Below are positions 44,996-60,000 of a stretch of DNA of 64,000 bases, piece by piece. This DNA is from Veleropilina oligotropha. Its lineage: Eukaryota. The position numbers and the translations under genes are program-made. Location: assembly GCA_048128005.1 (NCBI GenBank), contig JBEUKZ010000054.1:682001-746000 (forward strand), read 5' to 3'. How positions within the stretch are numbered: the first letter of the stretch is position 1; the number at the start of each line of letters is the position of its first letter. Below the pieces are notes generated by a model. That model did no database searches. It was not told where the DNA came from and worked only from the letters and a program-made list of their open reading frames with translations.

Positions 44996-46593
44996 ATGAA
45001 AGGATCAAGAAACGTCAGGTAATATAATTTGCAATTATTCCTAAATGGGATATTGATTTATGAAATTCGTACATATTTCCCATTTTGTCACTGTTCATTA
45101 TACCCTGCATCCATATTCAATTAAGCGTGACGGTGCGTGGTGTAGCTTAGGACAATGAAAATCACCAGTTGCACGTGTATCAACATGCATCTGACGAAGT
45201 CGAGGTTGAAATCTCCACAAGCAGAACAGATTCCGGTACTTTATTTGAAAAACAATTGATTTCCATTATGCCACGTCTATCCGAAGTTGATAGGGGTCGC
45301 GCCATTGCACAGCTAATGCAATGCCAGATGCATATACAGGTTGCCATGCAGTTTGGTGTGAATGTCCGTACCATAGAACATATCGTGAGTTGTTTCCAAG
45401 TTACTGGAAAGTTAGCCGACCGCCCGGCCACGTTCAGGACGCCCACGTGTGACGTCACGCTGTGAGGTCAGAGCCATTAGTCTTGCGCACCTGCGTGATC
45501 GTCACCTTACCACCACAGAAACTGCTCGGAATACACTATTACAGTGGGGACCCACAATCATCCAATCCACCCTAAAACTGTGAGGAATCGGTCTTAAGGC
45601 ACACGTGCCGTCCTTACGTTGGTCTGCCCGGCCCTGACGCCATTGCGTCGAGCACGCCGGATGATCTGGCTGCGTGCCCATGCACCAAGACAGTTCCGAA
45701 TGACTCAGTGGAGGCGCGTGCTATTCACGGAGTCAAGATTCACACTTTTTCCACCGGACGGCCGACGTCGTCGGGAACGATATGCTGACGCTTGCGTTGA
45801 CGAGAGTGACAGATTTGTAGGTGGGTCAGTGATGGTTTGGGGTGGGATTTTCCATGGTTTGAAAACACCGTTGCAAGTGATCGATGGCAACTTGACAGCC
45901 GTCCGATACAGGGATGAGGTCCTGCAACCACACGCCGTGCCCTTTGTCAACCAACACAACTTTACTCTCAAGCAAGACAATGCGAGGCCACATGTGGGAC
46001 GAGTGTGTGCTGCATTCCTTGCTGCAAACAACGTCGCCCCACTCCCCTGGCCTGCGTACAGTCCAGACCTGTCTCCCATCGAACACTTGTGGGATGAACT
46101 GGACAGGAACATACGGAAGCGAGCGAATCCCCCCCCCAACACCCTACCCCAGCTGAGATATGCTTTGATTGAAGAATGGAACAACATTCCAATCCGGAGG
46201 ATAAATGGTCTGATGAATTCCATGCACAGGAGAATCAGGGCAGCTACAGCTGCAGGAGGTGGACACACTCGGTACTAGTGGAACCGTGTCACAATGTGGA
46301 CAAATACGAGACTAACTGACATGATGTGGACGAATACGAGACTAACATGACATGACGTGGACGCAGCCCAAGTCCTCAGAGTAATGACTTGTCTGATTAT
46401 GGAGTGTTACGATTTTCAGTTTTTGGGGGGTACCTTCCCTTGCAGTTCAATGAAATTGTGATTTTTTGTAAATTTGATCAGTATAATAATTAGTGTCCGA
46501 CCGTCACAGATATTTACAATAAATGTATTTACAGAGTCATATCTTTTGATCATCTACCTGTAAAGTTGACCCGACGTTTCTTTATCATTTCAG
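44996..46593 (+). mobile_element. Tc1 (DD34E) DNA transposon, decayed
   Basis: Imperfect TIRs (atgaaaggatcaagaaacgtcagg / ccgacgtttctttatcatttcag) flanked by TA. Confidence 0.85.
45268..46278 (+). pseudogene. Tc1 transposase pseudogene
   Basis: MPRLS..DRGRAI HTH; VLFT(-)ESRF with the first D deleted; SVMVWGG; QDNARPH with 34 residues to the E of SPDLSPIEHLW; frameshifts in about 45430-45620. Confidence 0.9.
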
Positions 46594-47159
46594 TATATAT
46601 GGTTCTGGAGACGATCACAATGATAGAAGGAAAGTAAATGTCACTTGACTGCACTGTTAGCAGTACAATCTACAGAGATTGACTGGGCTGTTCCCGACCC
46701 AAAATCCACTGCGGTTTTCAGAATTATTTGTTACATTAATACTGTTACGCGATGACGGGAATTCCGGCAGTTATCGAAGTCCAACTGGAAATTACAAACA
46801 CCCGCTACGTAACATTCCTGGATCCTGCTCTGTGGTTTTACTGTGAGGATCTATGTCTCGCAGAGTAAATGTTGATGTCACAAGCGAGTGCACCAATCTG
46901 ACTCTGCAGCTGCTTTTCTCATCATTCATGATTCATAATTTTTTTCACAAACCCTAGCTGTGTGTGAATGTCCTGTGAAACAAACTGTTTTGACTGGTAA
47001 TGGAAAACCAATAGCGAACTATCTGAAGTATTTTATCAACGAACATTTTAACAACACCACTCTGTCACTTTAATGAGCAGGGACAATAGTGAAATCTCCA
47101 CCACTGAGGCAATTAGCAATTCAGAAAGGAGGAAAACTGCTTTCGTGTATATATATATA

Positions 47160-47678
47160 TTTATCACATGACAAAGCTGTTATGGAACAGTTTTAGCCGT
47201 TCCATAAATTTCCATATAAAAGACACGTCTCATAAGTATGCAAATGAGGGAGAGCGAGATGCCCTGTCGTCGCATCTGGCGCCAAGTTGATTAAGCGGCG
47301 AATCACCCTCATTAACATAATGAATAATTCATACGCATTCACTCGTCGATTATTGACGTTGAACTTTTTTTATTGGCGTACTGGCGTGGCGCGTGCTGTC
47401 GAGGCGTGAAGCGTCTTGGTCAGGCCGTTTAATGACTGAAATTAATGACATAAATTAGTTTTAAAACGTAAAGAAATGTGTTTAAAAACGCCATAAAATA
47501 AGTTTATAGGTAAATAAAGTCATGTGATAAAGAAGATATGAAACTTGTGTCCATTTCATATGAGAATTATGAAACTCGTCAGCAAATTTATGTACCTCGC
47601 CAAGGCTCGGTACATAAATTGTGCCCGACTCGTTTCATAATTCTCATATGGAATGGACACTCGTTCGATATCCTCTAT
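47160..47678. mobile_element. Non-autonomous element with nested inverted repeats and a long terminal hairpin
   Basis: tttatcacatgac (47160) / gtcatgtgataaa (47519); about 140-bp imperfect palindrome at 47535-47673; TA-rich flanks. Confidence 0.55.
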
Positions 47679-49295
47679 ATATGGAACACATGAAAATATT
47701 GGAATAACTGTTTGGTGAAAATATATTGATCATAAAATATCATACAGTATTGGTGATCTCATAACAGCAATAACAACACACATTAACAGGTCACAGACTA
47801 TGTGTTATTTTTACAATTTATAATGAATCATCTATATATTTACCAATATATTTAATTGTGATTATAAAATTACCACATATATTGCAGAAAATGACAAATA
47901 AAAAGTCATGATAATGATGAACATTATTGTGTTCATGGTAAACTGAAAGGACACGGAAACAATGTCAAAAGGAACACCAGTATTCGAAATTTGAAAAATA
48001 TTCAATTTATTGGCATTTTGAAAAATTCTCAATGTTTATTTTCCTACACAAATATTTCATGTGATATAAATCTTATGTATGGAAATATTATGCCAATGAA
48101 ATTGTTATCAACCAAAAACATACATATTTATATTTTACATTTTAATTCCGCCAGTAGCTGATTCAGCAAGATACTGTCATCTGATTGGTTATTCCCAAAA
48201 CAACTGTTTGCTTATTGGCTATCGCCTGAAGACAATGGATCCTCATTGGCTGGTTATTCATGAAGGAATGTATAGATTACATAATTTCATCAAAAGCTTG
48301 TTGTTCCATTTGTTGTTCTGAAAGTATTTTACTTCATGAATAACATATACACCCCGAGAAATCAGTGAGTGCAGTTTCTTATTCAAAGCTAGCTCAAAAT
48401 AAATAAATAAATTGTTAAATATTTATCAACAAAAGATAAAAGTCAGCCGCAATTGTTGAAGACAGTTCAATATACTGTATATTTAGTAACATCATTGCTG
48501 AAAGTTCACATTACGTTCATCTCTCTATGTGAAATTCAATAATTCACAAGATTAAACATTTATTGATTAGGCCGAACACTTTCTCAACGTTATAATAATC
48601 CAATCGGACACTCATGTTGAATGCAAAATTGACAGTAAAGTTATTAAATGCTCAATTATTCTACAATCAACTAACTAATCTACAAAATCCCAAACGGTTA
48701 CTTTCACACAACAGAAATAATTATTTTAGTATATCAGATGAAACAATAAATATGAAACTTGTACTACAAAGAATAAGTGTCTGTGACTATTGGAGGCATT
48801 AAATAGCTCTAAAAGAAGCAAAGAAAAGAAGCGTAATCAAGTGAAGAGAAGAAAATAAATGATGGAGGAACTCGATCAAGTTCGGTAAAAATTATACATC
48901 TAAACGAATCTTTGTAAGACAAGCATCAAGTGAGGTAAACACCAACTGACCAAGACGACTAAATAATAATCTCCATCACCACTTTTAAAACATATGCAAT
49001 GATCATACACTTTCTTAGAACTAAGCTATGAAATGCAAAACAGGTTTCAATGTAATCAGAGAACCAGAAATATTATGATACAGAATGCAATACGTGATAT
49101 TGTAGTCCAGATATTTGGGTGTAGTCATGTCACACTTATTTTACCGGTAAAATTGTATAGAGTTCAATGACTATGAATTACAATTCTGATCAATAAAGCA
49201 AATTATTTTTAATTATGGCACAATCATCCTTTTCTATATCTGATCCAGTTTGAAATAATGTATAATAAATATCACACAATAGAGTAAATAAATAT

Positions 49296-51091
49296 CTAGT
49301 CGTCCCCAGGTATTTCCCGTTTGAACTGCCTGCTCTCCGCTCTGGCAAACAGCCAGTCATCGCTGTCTGTAGGCTCACCCCCCTTAGTTTCTTTGTTATT
49401 TCCATATTCCGTTTGTTGATTATACCTTGGTTCACCATTTTTCTTTTCACCTTTAAAGTACCAATCCCCATTCCGTGTCTTATCCATGTAGTTCTCGTGG
49501 TACTGTCTCCGATGCTCCATTTGCTGAATGTACCATGTGTCATCGGGCACGTCATTCTGATTCTTGGATCTGAAATACCATTCACCAGACGTTGACTCAT
49601 CCATGTAGTTCTCATGGTAGTCTCTACTTTTTTTAAAATACCACTGTCCAGACGGCTGATCCGCTGCCGGTTTGTGTTTGAAATACCATTGTCCAGACGG
49701 CTCATTTCTTGCAGTTTTGTGCTTGAAATACCACTGACCAGATACCTCGTCTTGTTCAGGTTTATGCTTGAAATACCACTCTCCCGATGACTCGTCAGCC
49801 ACAGTTTTGTGTTTGAAATACCATTGTCCAGAAGGCTCATTTGCTGCAGTTTTCTGCTTGAAATACCAATCCGCGGACTCCTTCTCTTCCGATTTATTTT
49901 CACCAGCTGCATTTTGGACAGATGACTCTGTTGACTTTATTTCGTTGCAATCAGACCTTCTGTGGTTTAAACTATCGTCTCGCTTTTCCCAGTCTCTGTT
50001 ATTATTGCGTCGATGACGATGACCATGTGACTGGTCATTTTCCTCCTGCTGCCCGTCTTTGTTGTTATTTCGCTTGTTATGTGTATCGTCACTATGGTGA
50101 CGACCATTAAATTTGTCCTGGAAATCCGGATGCCTTTGATCGTCATCGTCCTCCGGCCCTCTTTGCTTCTTTCTTTCCTCTCTGGTTTGCTTACTGAATA
50201 ACTTTGAAGCCTTTTCATGGATTTTTTCTGTAATTTTTGTTCTAAATTTCTTGATATTCCTAGAAACTTTATCTTGAAATTTCACAAGTGCCTTTGAGTT
50301 TTTGTGCCAGAAATAGTGCGACACGCTCAGCATTGTATCCCATGCATCTTCGATGTGATCGCCCAACCGTGACACGCTCTCCTTGGTGTCTCTTAGGATA
50401 TTCTTCACCCCCTTCCTCCAAACACTCTCTCGTTTCTCCTTCTTCTGATCTCTATTATTCTTGTTCTTTTTATCTTCACGATCAAATTTTCTCTCATCTG
50501 GCCCCGCGTTGCGATCTTTGTCATCTTTTCCTCTCGACGGTTCAGCCGCGTCCATTTTAAATTTTTGTTTCGTCTCCCTTTCATCTTTTGTTTCAGGGAC
50601 ATCAGATGAGAAGAACCTTTTGATATTGGAAGTTGCTTCGGCCACGACGTCTTTAACGTTGGTATAGATGTCGCCGGTGGCAGCATGAACATCGGAGAAC
50701 AGTGATTCCGCTTCAGACATAACGTGTTGAAGATCCTCGTACAGATCGCCGGTAATGTTTTCAGCGTGAGCGGCCATCGTATCTGCAGTCTTTCTCAGGT
50801 ATTCATACCCTCTCAAAGTTTCTACAAGAGATTCTGTTACATTTTGTATAGCGGTATAGTTTAAATATTTCAGAAAACCAGAAACATTAAATAAAGGGGC
50901 TAAAACAGTCACGCAAGTAAAGAAGTCCATGGTTGCATTGTGCTGGCTGGTATTCATACGCTGCGCATGTTCCGTCGAGTAGAGTTTCTGCCACATCTCG
51001 GACTGGTTCCTCGATGCATTCAGTTCCTTTGTCAACTTGTTGATTTGCTGGTTCTCTTCCTTTTGTTTATCCTTGTCACAATATTTATGCC
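49296..51091 (-). CDS. Terminal coding exon of the host gene
   Basis: ttttcag acceptor, 598 codons to the stop, SG(Q/E)WYFK repeats. Confidence 0.85.
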
Positions 51092-54000
51092 CTGAAAATA
51101 TAAATGATACGGAGTCATAACTAACATGTGTCACATTACTCCATTATCCAACTAGATAATTTCACCCCCCCCCCCCCAAACACACCGTTTCAAGTCTCCA
51201 AAAATCTTCAGCCGCCTTGTACCACAGGTTAATATTAATCCCACAATATATGAAGGATTTCAATATAATGCACGTTAAAATAAAGGTGCCTTCCATTGGC
51301 ATTCATGACAAACAATGATCATGTATGTACACAGATATCATTAATACATTCTCCTAAGATATCAGCTAGTCTCCTTCATCAGAAGATGTCTGAAGAAAGA
51401 GAGGCTGCAGACACGGAGGGAATAACAGAAGCTGCAGCAGACACAGAGGGAATAACAGAAGCTGCAGCAGACACAGAGGGAATAACAGAAGCAAATGCAG
51501 ACACAGAGGGAATAACAGAAGCTAAAGCAGCAGCAGACACAGAGGGAATAACAGAAGCTGCAGCAGACATGGAGGGAATAACAGAAGCTGAAGCAGACAG
51601 AGGGAATAACAGAAGCTGCAGCGGACACGGAGGGAATAACAGAAGCTTCAGCAGACACAGAGGGAATAACAGAAGCTGCTGCAGACACAGAGGGAATAAC
51701 AGAAGCTGAAGCAGACACAGAGGGAATAACAGAAGATGAAGCAGACACAGAGGGAATAACAGAAGATGAAGCAGACACAGAGGGAATAACAGAAGATGAA
51801 GCAGACACAGAGGGAATAACAGAAGATGAAGCAGACACAGAGGGAATAACAGAAGATGAAGCAGACACAGAGGGAATAACAGAAGATGAAGCAGACACAG
51901 AGGGAATAACATAAGCTGCAGCAGACACAGGGGGAATAACAGAAGCTGATGCAGACACAGAGGGAATAACAGAAGCTGCAGCAGACACAGAGGGAATAAC
52001 AGAAGCTGATGCAGACACAGAGGGAATAACAGAAGCTGCTGCAGACACAGAGGGAATAACAGAAGCTGAAGCAGACACAGGGGGAATAACAGAAGCTGAT
52101 GCAGACACAGAGGGAATAACAGAAGCTGAAGCAGACACAGAGCGAATAACAGAAGCTGATGCAGACACAGAGGGAATAACAGAAGCTGCAGCAGACACAG
52201 AGGGAATAACAGAAGATGAAGCAGAAACAGAGGGAATAACAAAAGCTGCAGCAGACACAGAGAAAATAACACTTCTAACCTGAAGCAGACACAGAGGGAA
52301 TAACAGAAGTTGATGCAGACACAGAGGGAATAACAGAAACTGCAGCAGACACAGAGGGAATAACAGAAGCTGCAGCAGACACAGATGGAATAACAGAAGC
52401 TGCAGCAGACACAGAGCGAATAACAGAAGCTGATGCAGACACAGAGGGAATAACAGAAGCTGAAGCAGAAACAGAGGGAATAACAGAAGCTGCAGCAGAC
52501 ACAGAGGGAATAACAGAAGCTGGAGCAGACACAGAGGGAATAACAGAAGCTGCAGCAGACACAGAGGGAATAACAGAAGCTGAAGCAGACACAGAGGGAA
52601 TGACAGAAGCTGCAGACACAGAGGGAATAACAGAAGCTGATGCAGACACAGAGGGAATAACAGAAGCTGAAGCAGACACAGAGGGAATAACAGAAGCTGA
52701 AGCAGACACAGAGGGAATGACAGAAGCTGCAGACACAGAGGGAATAACAGAAGCTGATGCAGACACAGAGGGAATAACAGAAGCTGAAGCAGAAACAGAG
52801 GGAATAACAGAAGCTGCAGCAGACACAGAGGGAATAACAGAAGCTGCAGCAGACACAGAGGGAATAACAGAAGCTGCAGCAGACACAGAGGGAATAACAG
52901 AAGCTGCAGCAGACACAGAGGGAATAACAGAAGCTGCAGCAGACACAGAGCGAATAACAGAAGCTGATGCAGACACAGAGGGAATAACAGAAGCTGAAGC
53001 AGAAACAGAGGGAATAACACAAGCTGAAGCAGAAACAGAGGGAATAACAGAAGCTGCAGCAGACACAGAGGGAATAACAGAAGATGAAGCAGAAACAGAG
53101 GGAATAACAAAAGCTGCAGCAGACACAGAGAAAATAACAAAAGCTGAAGCCGACACAGAGGGAATAACAGAAGCTGAAGCCGACACAGAGGGAATAACAG
53201 AAGCTGAAGCAGAAACAGAGGGAATAACAGAAGCTGCAGCAGACACAGAGGGAATAACAGAAGCTGCAGCAGACACAGAGGGAATAACAGAAGCTGCAGC
53301 AGACACAGAGGGAATAACACTGAATTCACTGGCTTGACTGCTTCTAATTCACGGCGAGGCACTCTTTGTTTGCTCAGTTCACAGCCAGTTGTCCATAACT
53401 GGTCAGAGGGTGGGTTTCCCCGGGCGACCAGGCATTTTTCCCGCGATAATATTGACATATCCTGGCATGAACATTTGGACAATAACCCAATCCTGAAGAA
53501 ATAACAAATACTACTCTCCACTCATAAGTTGATAGCATACAGCATATAGAATTGAGCAAGTTATGTTCAAATCAATATTTTAAAGCAAAGAAACTTAAAG
53601 AAACAAGCTGTATTACAAGGTTTCTAATTCATTAAGTAAACTGTCAGATAAATATTATACAGACACCATTTCATCTGAAGTCATAGGCTGTCTGCTCAAA
53701 TGGTTGACATATTTGCATCCACCCACCGATCAGCTTGACGTCATCGCCGGCCTCCTTCTGGCCCTGAACCATCGGCGGCACGGAGTACCGCAGCTGACCG
53801 ATTTCGATCCGGAGGTCAAGGTTCTCCACCTCCAACACGTTTAGCTTATCGCGCAGGTTGCGTCGATCTTCCAAGTTCTTCCGTTTGAGAGTCGACACCT
53901 CGGGAGACAGCTGGTATCGCGACTTGGCGACGTCGGCTTGCAGATCCTCAAGCATAATATTCAGCTGGTTAATTTCGTTCAGCAATTCGAAGTTTACACT

Positions 54001-57000
54001 TTCAAGATGGTCATACATTGCACCTTTATTCATCAGCATCTGAAAACAATTAACTGGTTAAAGCCATAGCAGAATATCAGCAGATATTGTGTTTATCCAA
54101 AATATAATGATGAATCTGGCATCAAAATTGCCACTACTTCGTCAAATTCTAAAGTAAATAAGTGCCAGGTTTACCATATTCCCAAGTAGATTATGTAGTC
54201 TGCAGCTAAATTTAATATTAAAATGTTAAACGCTAAACTGAGCTATTAATGCCGCATGTTTCACCATTGGCTCTCTGCAGATATCACATTTCGATTATCC
54301 GCCGGGATTGGCAGTTTCGCGAGAAGTGTATGAGAAGGCATCAACGAGAGATGAGAATGACCCCTTTTGAACCGGCGGGAAGGGCTCCCAAACAACGTGG
54401 CATCGGCGAGAGATAAGAACCGGAGGGAAGGGCTCCCAAACAACGTGGCATCGGCATCTCAACTGTTTTCAAAAGGTAAATCAGGCGTGATGTCAGTACA
54501 GAACCAGTTTGCCTGAGGGAATGACCAATGACGGTAGTGAACCATTGCAGCAACAACATCGTAACATTCCCGACCAGTGAACAGCTATAACATTGTAATC
54601 ATAGAAGAATATAAGCTAGTCACTGGGACAGGCCACTACCAGAATGTTCAAACAATTTTAAACGTTCGTTCATGCTCTGATGGCATACGCCAATGGAGAT
54701 AAGTGGTATCGTGATTTGGCAAAATGACAATACAAATCTGCTACCATATTATTACGGTGATGATGTTTTGTTTCTAAATTCAAAGATTTTTCTGTAAGTC
54801 AAGGGGCGGTAAATTCGTTATTACCTACCTGGTGGTCCTCGTTCAGGTCCCCAATGCATGTCGGGCAATAACCATCTTCATATCGATTTATTTGTGTATC
54901 GAAGAATATGTTACCACAGCCATTGCCCGTAAAGTATAACCCTACAAAAACAGTTACAATACATTAGCATTAATTTCATCATTCGGTAGATAATAAATAC
55001 TTAGACAATTCTTGCCAAAGACCTTGGGTCTGAAATTAAACATTTGGAGCTATGAATCATTCTTTATTGGTAATAATGTCGCATGAAGATCATCACATCA
55101 TTGCTTCATTCTAGTACAGAATGTTTATAATGTAACAGAAACACCTTACAATGATGACTCTATCAGACATTCAAGCAAAACACAGCAGACCGACATTCAA
55201 AATCGCAACCACTGCATGATGGGTGAATATATGTGAATATTTTAATTGGTATTTTAAATAGGTTAAATTATGATTGATGAAAGTATTTTTTAAATTGACA
55301 TAGTTTCAATGAAGATGCTGATAAAAATATTGAGTACAACCCAAGATCTAGATTGTCCAGCATCGTATTCATTCATCCACATCACCTCCATGATCCAGCG
55401 TCGTATTCATTCATCCACATCACCTCCATGATCCAGCGTCATATTCATTCATCCACATCACCTCCATGATCCAGCGTCATATTCATCCATCCACATCACC
55501 TCCATGATCCAGCATCATATTCATTCATCCACATCACCTCCATGATCCAGCATCATATTCATTCATCCACATCACCTCCATGATCCAGCATCATATTCAT
55601 TCATCCACATCACCTCCATGATCCAGCATCATATTCATTCATCCACATCACCTCCATGATCCAGCATCGTATTCATTCATCCACATCACCTCCATGATCC
55701 AGCATCATATTCATTCATCCACATCACCTCCATGATCCAGCGTCGTATTCATTCATCCACATCACCTCCATGATCCAGCGTCGTATTCATTCATCCACAT
55801 CACCTCCATGATCCAGCATCATATTCATTCATCCACATCACCTCCATGATCCAGCGTCATATTCATTCATCCACATCACTTCCATGATCCAGCGTCATAT
55901 TCATTCATCCACATCACCTCCATGATCCAGCATCGTATTCATTCATCCACATCACCTCCATGATCCAGCGACGTATTCATTCATCCACATCACCTCCATG
56001 ATCCAGCATCGTATTCATTCATCCACATCACCTCCATGATCCAGCGACGTATTCATTCATCCACATCACCTCCATGATCCAGCATCATATTCATTCATCC
56101 ACATCACCTCCATGATCCAGCGTCATATTCATTCATCCACATCACCTCCATGATCCAGCATCATATTCATTCATCCACATCACCTCCATGATCCAGCGAC
56201 GTATTCATTCATCCACATCACCTCCATGATCCAGCATCGTATTCATTCATCCACATCACCTCCATGATCCAGCGACGTATTCATTCATCCACATCACCTC
56301 CATGATCCAGCGTCATATTCATTCATCCACATCACCTCCATGATCCAGCGTCATATTCATTCATCCACATCACCTCCATGATGCAGTGTCGTATTCATTC
56401 ATCCACATCACCTCCATGATCCAGTGTCATATTCATTCATCCACATCACCTCCATGATCCAGCGTCGTATTCATTCATCCACATCACCTCCATGATCCAG
56501 CATCATATTCATTCATCCACATCACCTCCATGATCCAGCATCATATTCATTCATCCACATCACCTCCATGATCCAGCGTCATATCCATCCATCCACATCA
56601 CCTCCATGATCCAGCGTCGTATTCATTCATCCACATCACCTCCATGATCCAGCGACGTATTCATCCATCCACATCACCTCCATGATCCAGCATCGTATTC
56701 ATTCATCCACATCACCTCCATGATCCAGCGTCATATTCATTCATCCACATCACCTCCATGATCCAGCATCATATTCATTCATCCACATCACCTCCATGAT
56801 CCAGCGTCATATTCATTCATCCACATCACCTCCATGATCCAGCATCATATTCATTCATCCACATCACCTCCATGATCCAGCATCGTATTCATTCATCCAC
56901 ATCACCTCCATGATCCAGCGACGTATTCATTCATCCACATCACCTCCATGATCCAGCATCGTATTCATTCATCCACATCACCTCCATGATCCAGCGACGT

Positions 57001-60000
57001 ATTCATTCATCCACATCACCTCCATGATCCAGCGTCGTATTCATTCATCCACATCACCTCCATGATCCAGTGTCGTATTCATTCATCCACATCACCTCCA
57101 TGATCCAGCGTCGTATTCATTCATCCACATCACCTCCATGATCCAGCATCGTATTCATTCATCCACATCACCTCCATGATCCAGCGTCATATTCATTCAT
57201 CCACATCACCTCCATGATCCAGCATCATATTCATTCATCCACATCACCTCCATGATCCAGCGTCATATTCATTCATCCACATCACCTCCATGATCCAGCA
57301 TCATATTCATTCATCCACATCACCTCCATGATCCAGCATCGTATTCATTCATCCACATCACCTCCATGATCCAGCGACGTATTCATTCATCCACATCACC
57401 TCCATGATCCAGCATCGTATTCATTCATCCACATCACCTCCATGATCCAGCGACGTATTCATTCATCCACATCACCTCCATGATCCAGCGTCGTATTCAT
57501 TCATCCACATCACCTCCATGATCCAGTGTCGTATTCATTCATCCACATCACCTCCATGATCCAGCGTCGTATTCATTCATCCACATCACCTCCATGATCC
57601 AGCGTCATATTCATTCATCCATATCACCTCCATGATGCAGTGTCGTATTCATTCATCCACATCACCTCCATGATCCAGCGTGGTATTCATTCATCCACAT
57701 CACCTCCATGATCCAGCATCATATTCATTCATCCACATCACCTCCATGATCCAGCATCATATTCATTCATCCACATCACCTCCATGATCCAGCGTCATAT
57801 TCATTCATCCACATCACCTCCATGATCCAGCATCGTATTCATTCATCCACATCACCTCCATGATCCAGCGACGTATTCATTCATCCACATCACCTCCATG
57901 ATCCAGCGTCATATTCATTCATCCACATCACCTCCATGATCCAGCGTCATGTTCATTAATCCACATCACCTCCATGATCCAGTGTCATATTCATTCATCC
58001 ACATCACCTCCATGATCCAGCGACGTATTCATCCATCCACATCACCTCCATGATCCAGTGTCATATTCATTCATCCACATCACCTCCATGATCCAGCATC
58101 ATATTCATTCATCCACATCACCTCCATGATCCAGCGACGTATTCATCCATCCACATCACCTCCATGATCCAGCGTCGTATTCATTCATCCACATCACCTC
58201 CATGATCCAGCGTCATATCCATCCATCCATATCACCTCCATGATCCAGCGTCGTATTCATCCATCCACATCACCTCCATGATCCAGCGTCATATTCATTC
58301 ATCCACATCACCTCCATGATTCAGCATCATATTCATTCATCCACATCACCTCCATGATTCAGCATCATATTCATTCATCCACATCACCTCCATGATCCAG
58401 TGTCATATTCATTCATCCACATCACCTCCATGATCCAGCGACGTATTCATCCATCCACATCACCTCCATGATCCAGTGTCATATTCATTCATCCACATCA
58501 CCTCCATGATCCAGCATCATATTCATTCATCCACATCACCTCCATGATCCAGCGACGTATTCATCCATCCACATCACCTCCATGATCCAGCGTCGTATTC
58601 ATTCATCCACATCACCTCCATGATCCAGCGTCATATCCATCCATCCATATCACCTCCATGATCCAGCGTCGTATTCATCCATCCACATCACCTCCATGAT
58701 CCAGCATCGTATTCATTCATCCACATCACCTCCATGATCCAGCGTCGTATTCATTCATCCACATCACCTCCATGATCCAGCATCGTATTCATTCATCCAC
58801 ATCACCTCCATGATCCAGCGTCATATTCATTCATCCACATCACCTCCATGATCCAGCATCATATTCATTCATCCACATCACCTCCATGATCCAGCGACGT
58901 ATTGATCCATCCACATCACCTCCATGATCCAGCATCGTATTCATTCATCCACATCACCTCCATGATCCAGCGTCATATTCATCCATCCACATCACCTCCA
59001 TGATCCAGCGTCGTATTCATCCATCCACATCACCTCCATGATCCAGCGTCATATTCATTCATCCACATCACCTCCATGATCCAGCATCATATTCATTCAT
59101 CCACATCACCTCCATGATCCAGCGTCATATTCATTCATCCACATCACCTCCATGATCCAGCATCATATTCATTCATACACATCACCTCCATGATCCAGCA
59201 TCATATTCATTCATCCACATCACCTCCATGATCCAGCATCATATTCATTCATCCACATCACCTCCATGATCCAGCGATGTATTGATCCATCCACATCACC
59301 TCCATGATCCAGCGTCGTATTCATTCATCCACATCACCTCCATGATCCAGCGTCATATTCATCCATCCACATCACCTCCATGATCCAGCGTCATATTCAT
59401 CCATCCACATCACCTCCATGATCCAGCATCATATTCATTCATCCACGTCACCTCCATGATCCAGCGTCGTATTCATCCATCCACATCACCTCCATGATTC
59501 AGCGTCATATTCATTCATCCACATCGCCTCCATGATCCAGCGTGGTATTCATTCATCCACATCACCTCCATGATCCAGCATCATATTCATTCATCCTCAT
59601 CACCTCCATGATTCAGCATCATATTCATTCATCCACATCACCTCCATGATTCAGCATCATATTCATTCATCCACATCACCTCCATGATCCAGCATCATAT
59701 TCATTCATCCACAACACCTCCATGATCCAGCGTCATATTCATTCATCCACATCACCTCCATGATCCAGCGTCATATTCATTCATCCACATCACCTCCATG
59801 ATCCAGCTTCGTATTCATTCATCCACATCACCTCCATGATCCAGCATCGTATTCATTCATCCACATCACCTCCATGATCCAGCGTCGTATTCATTCATCC
59901 ACATCACCTCCATGATCCAGCGTCATATTCATTTATCCACATCACCTCCATGATCCAGCATCGTATTCATTCATCCACATCACCTCCCATGATCCAGCGT

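Noticed and set aside
51296..53521. Long ORFs (719, 547, 343, 245 aa) of low-complexity sequence
   Set aside because: They are translations of a 30-bp minisatellite that is open in several frames on both strands and lies in an intron of the host gene.
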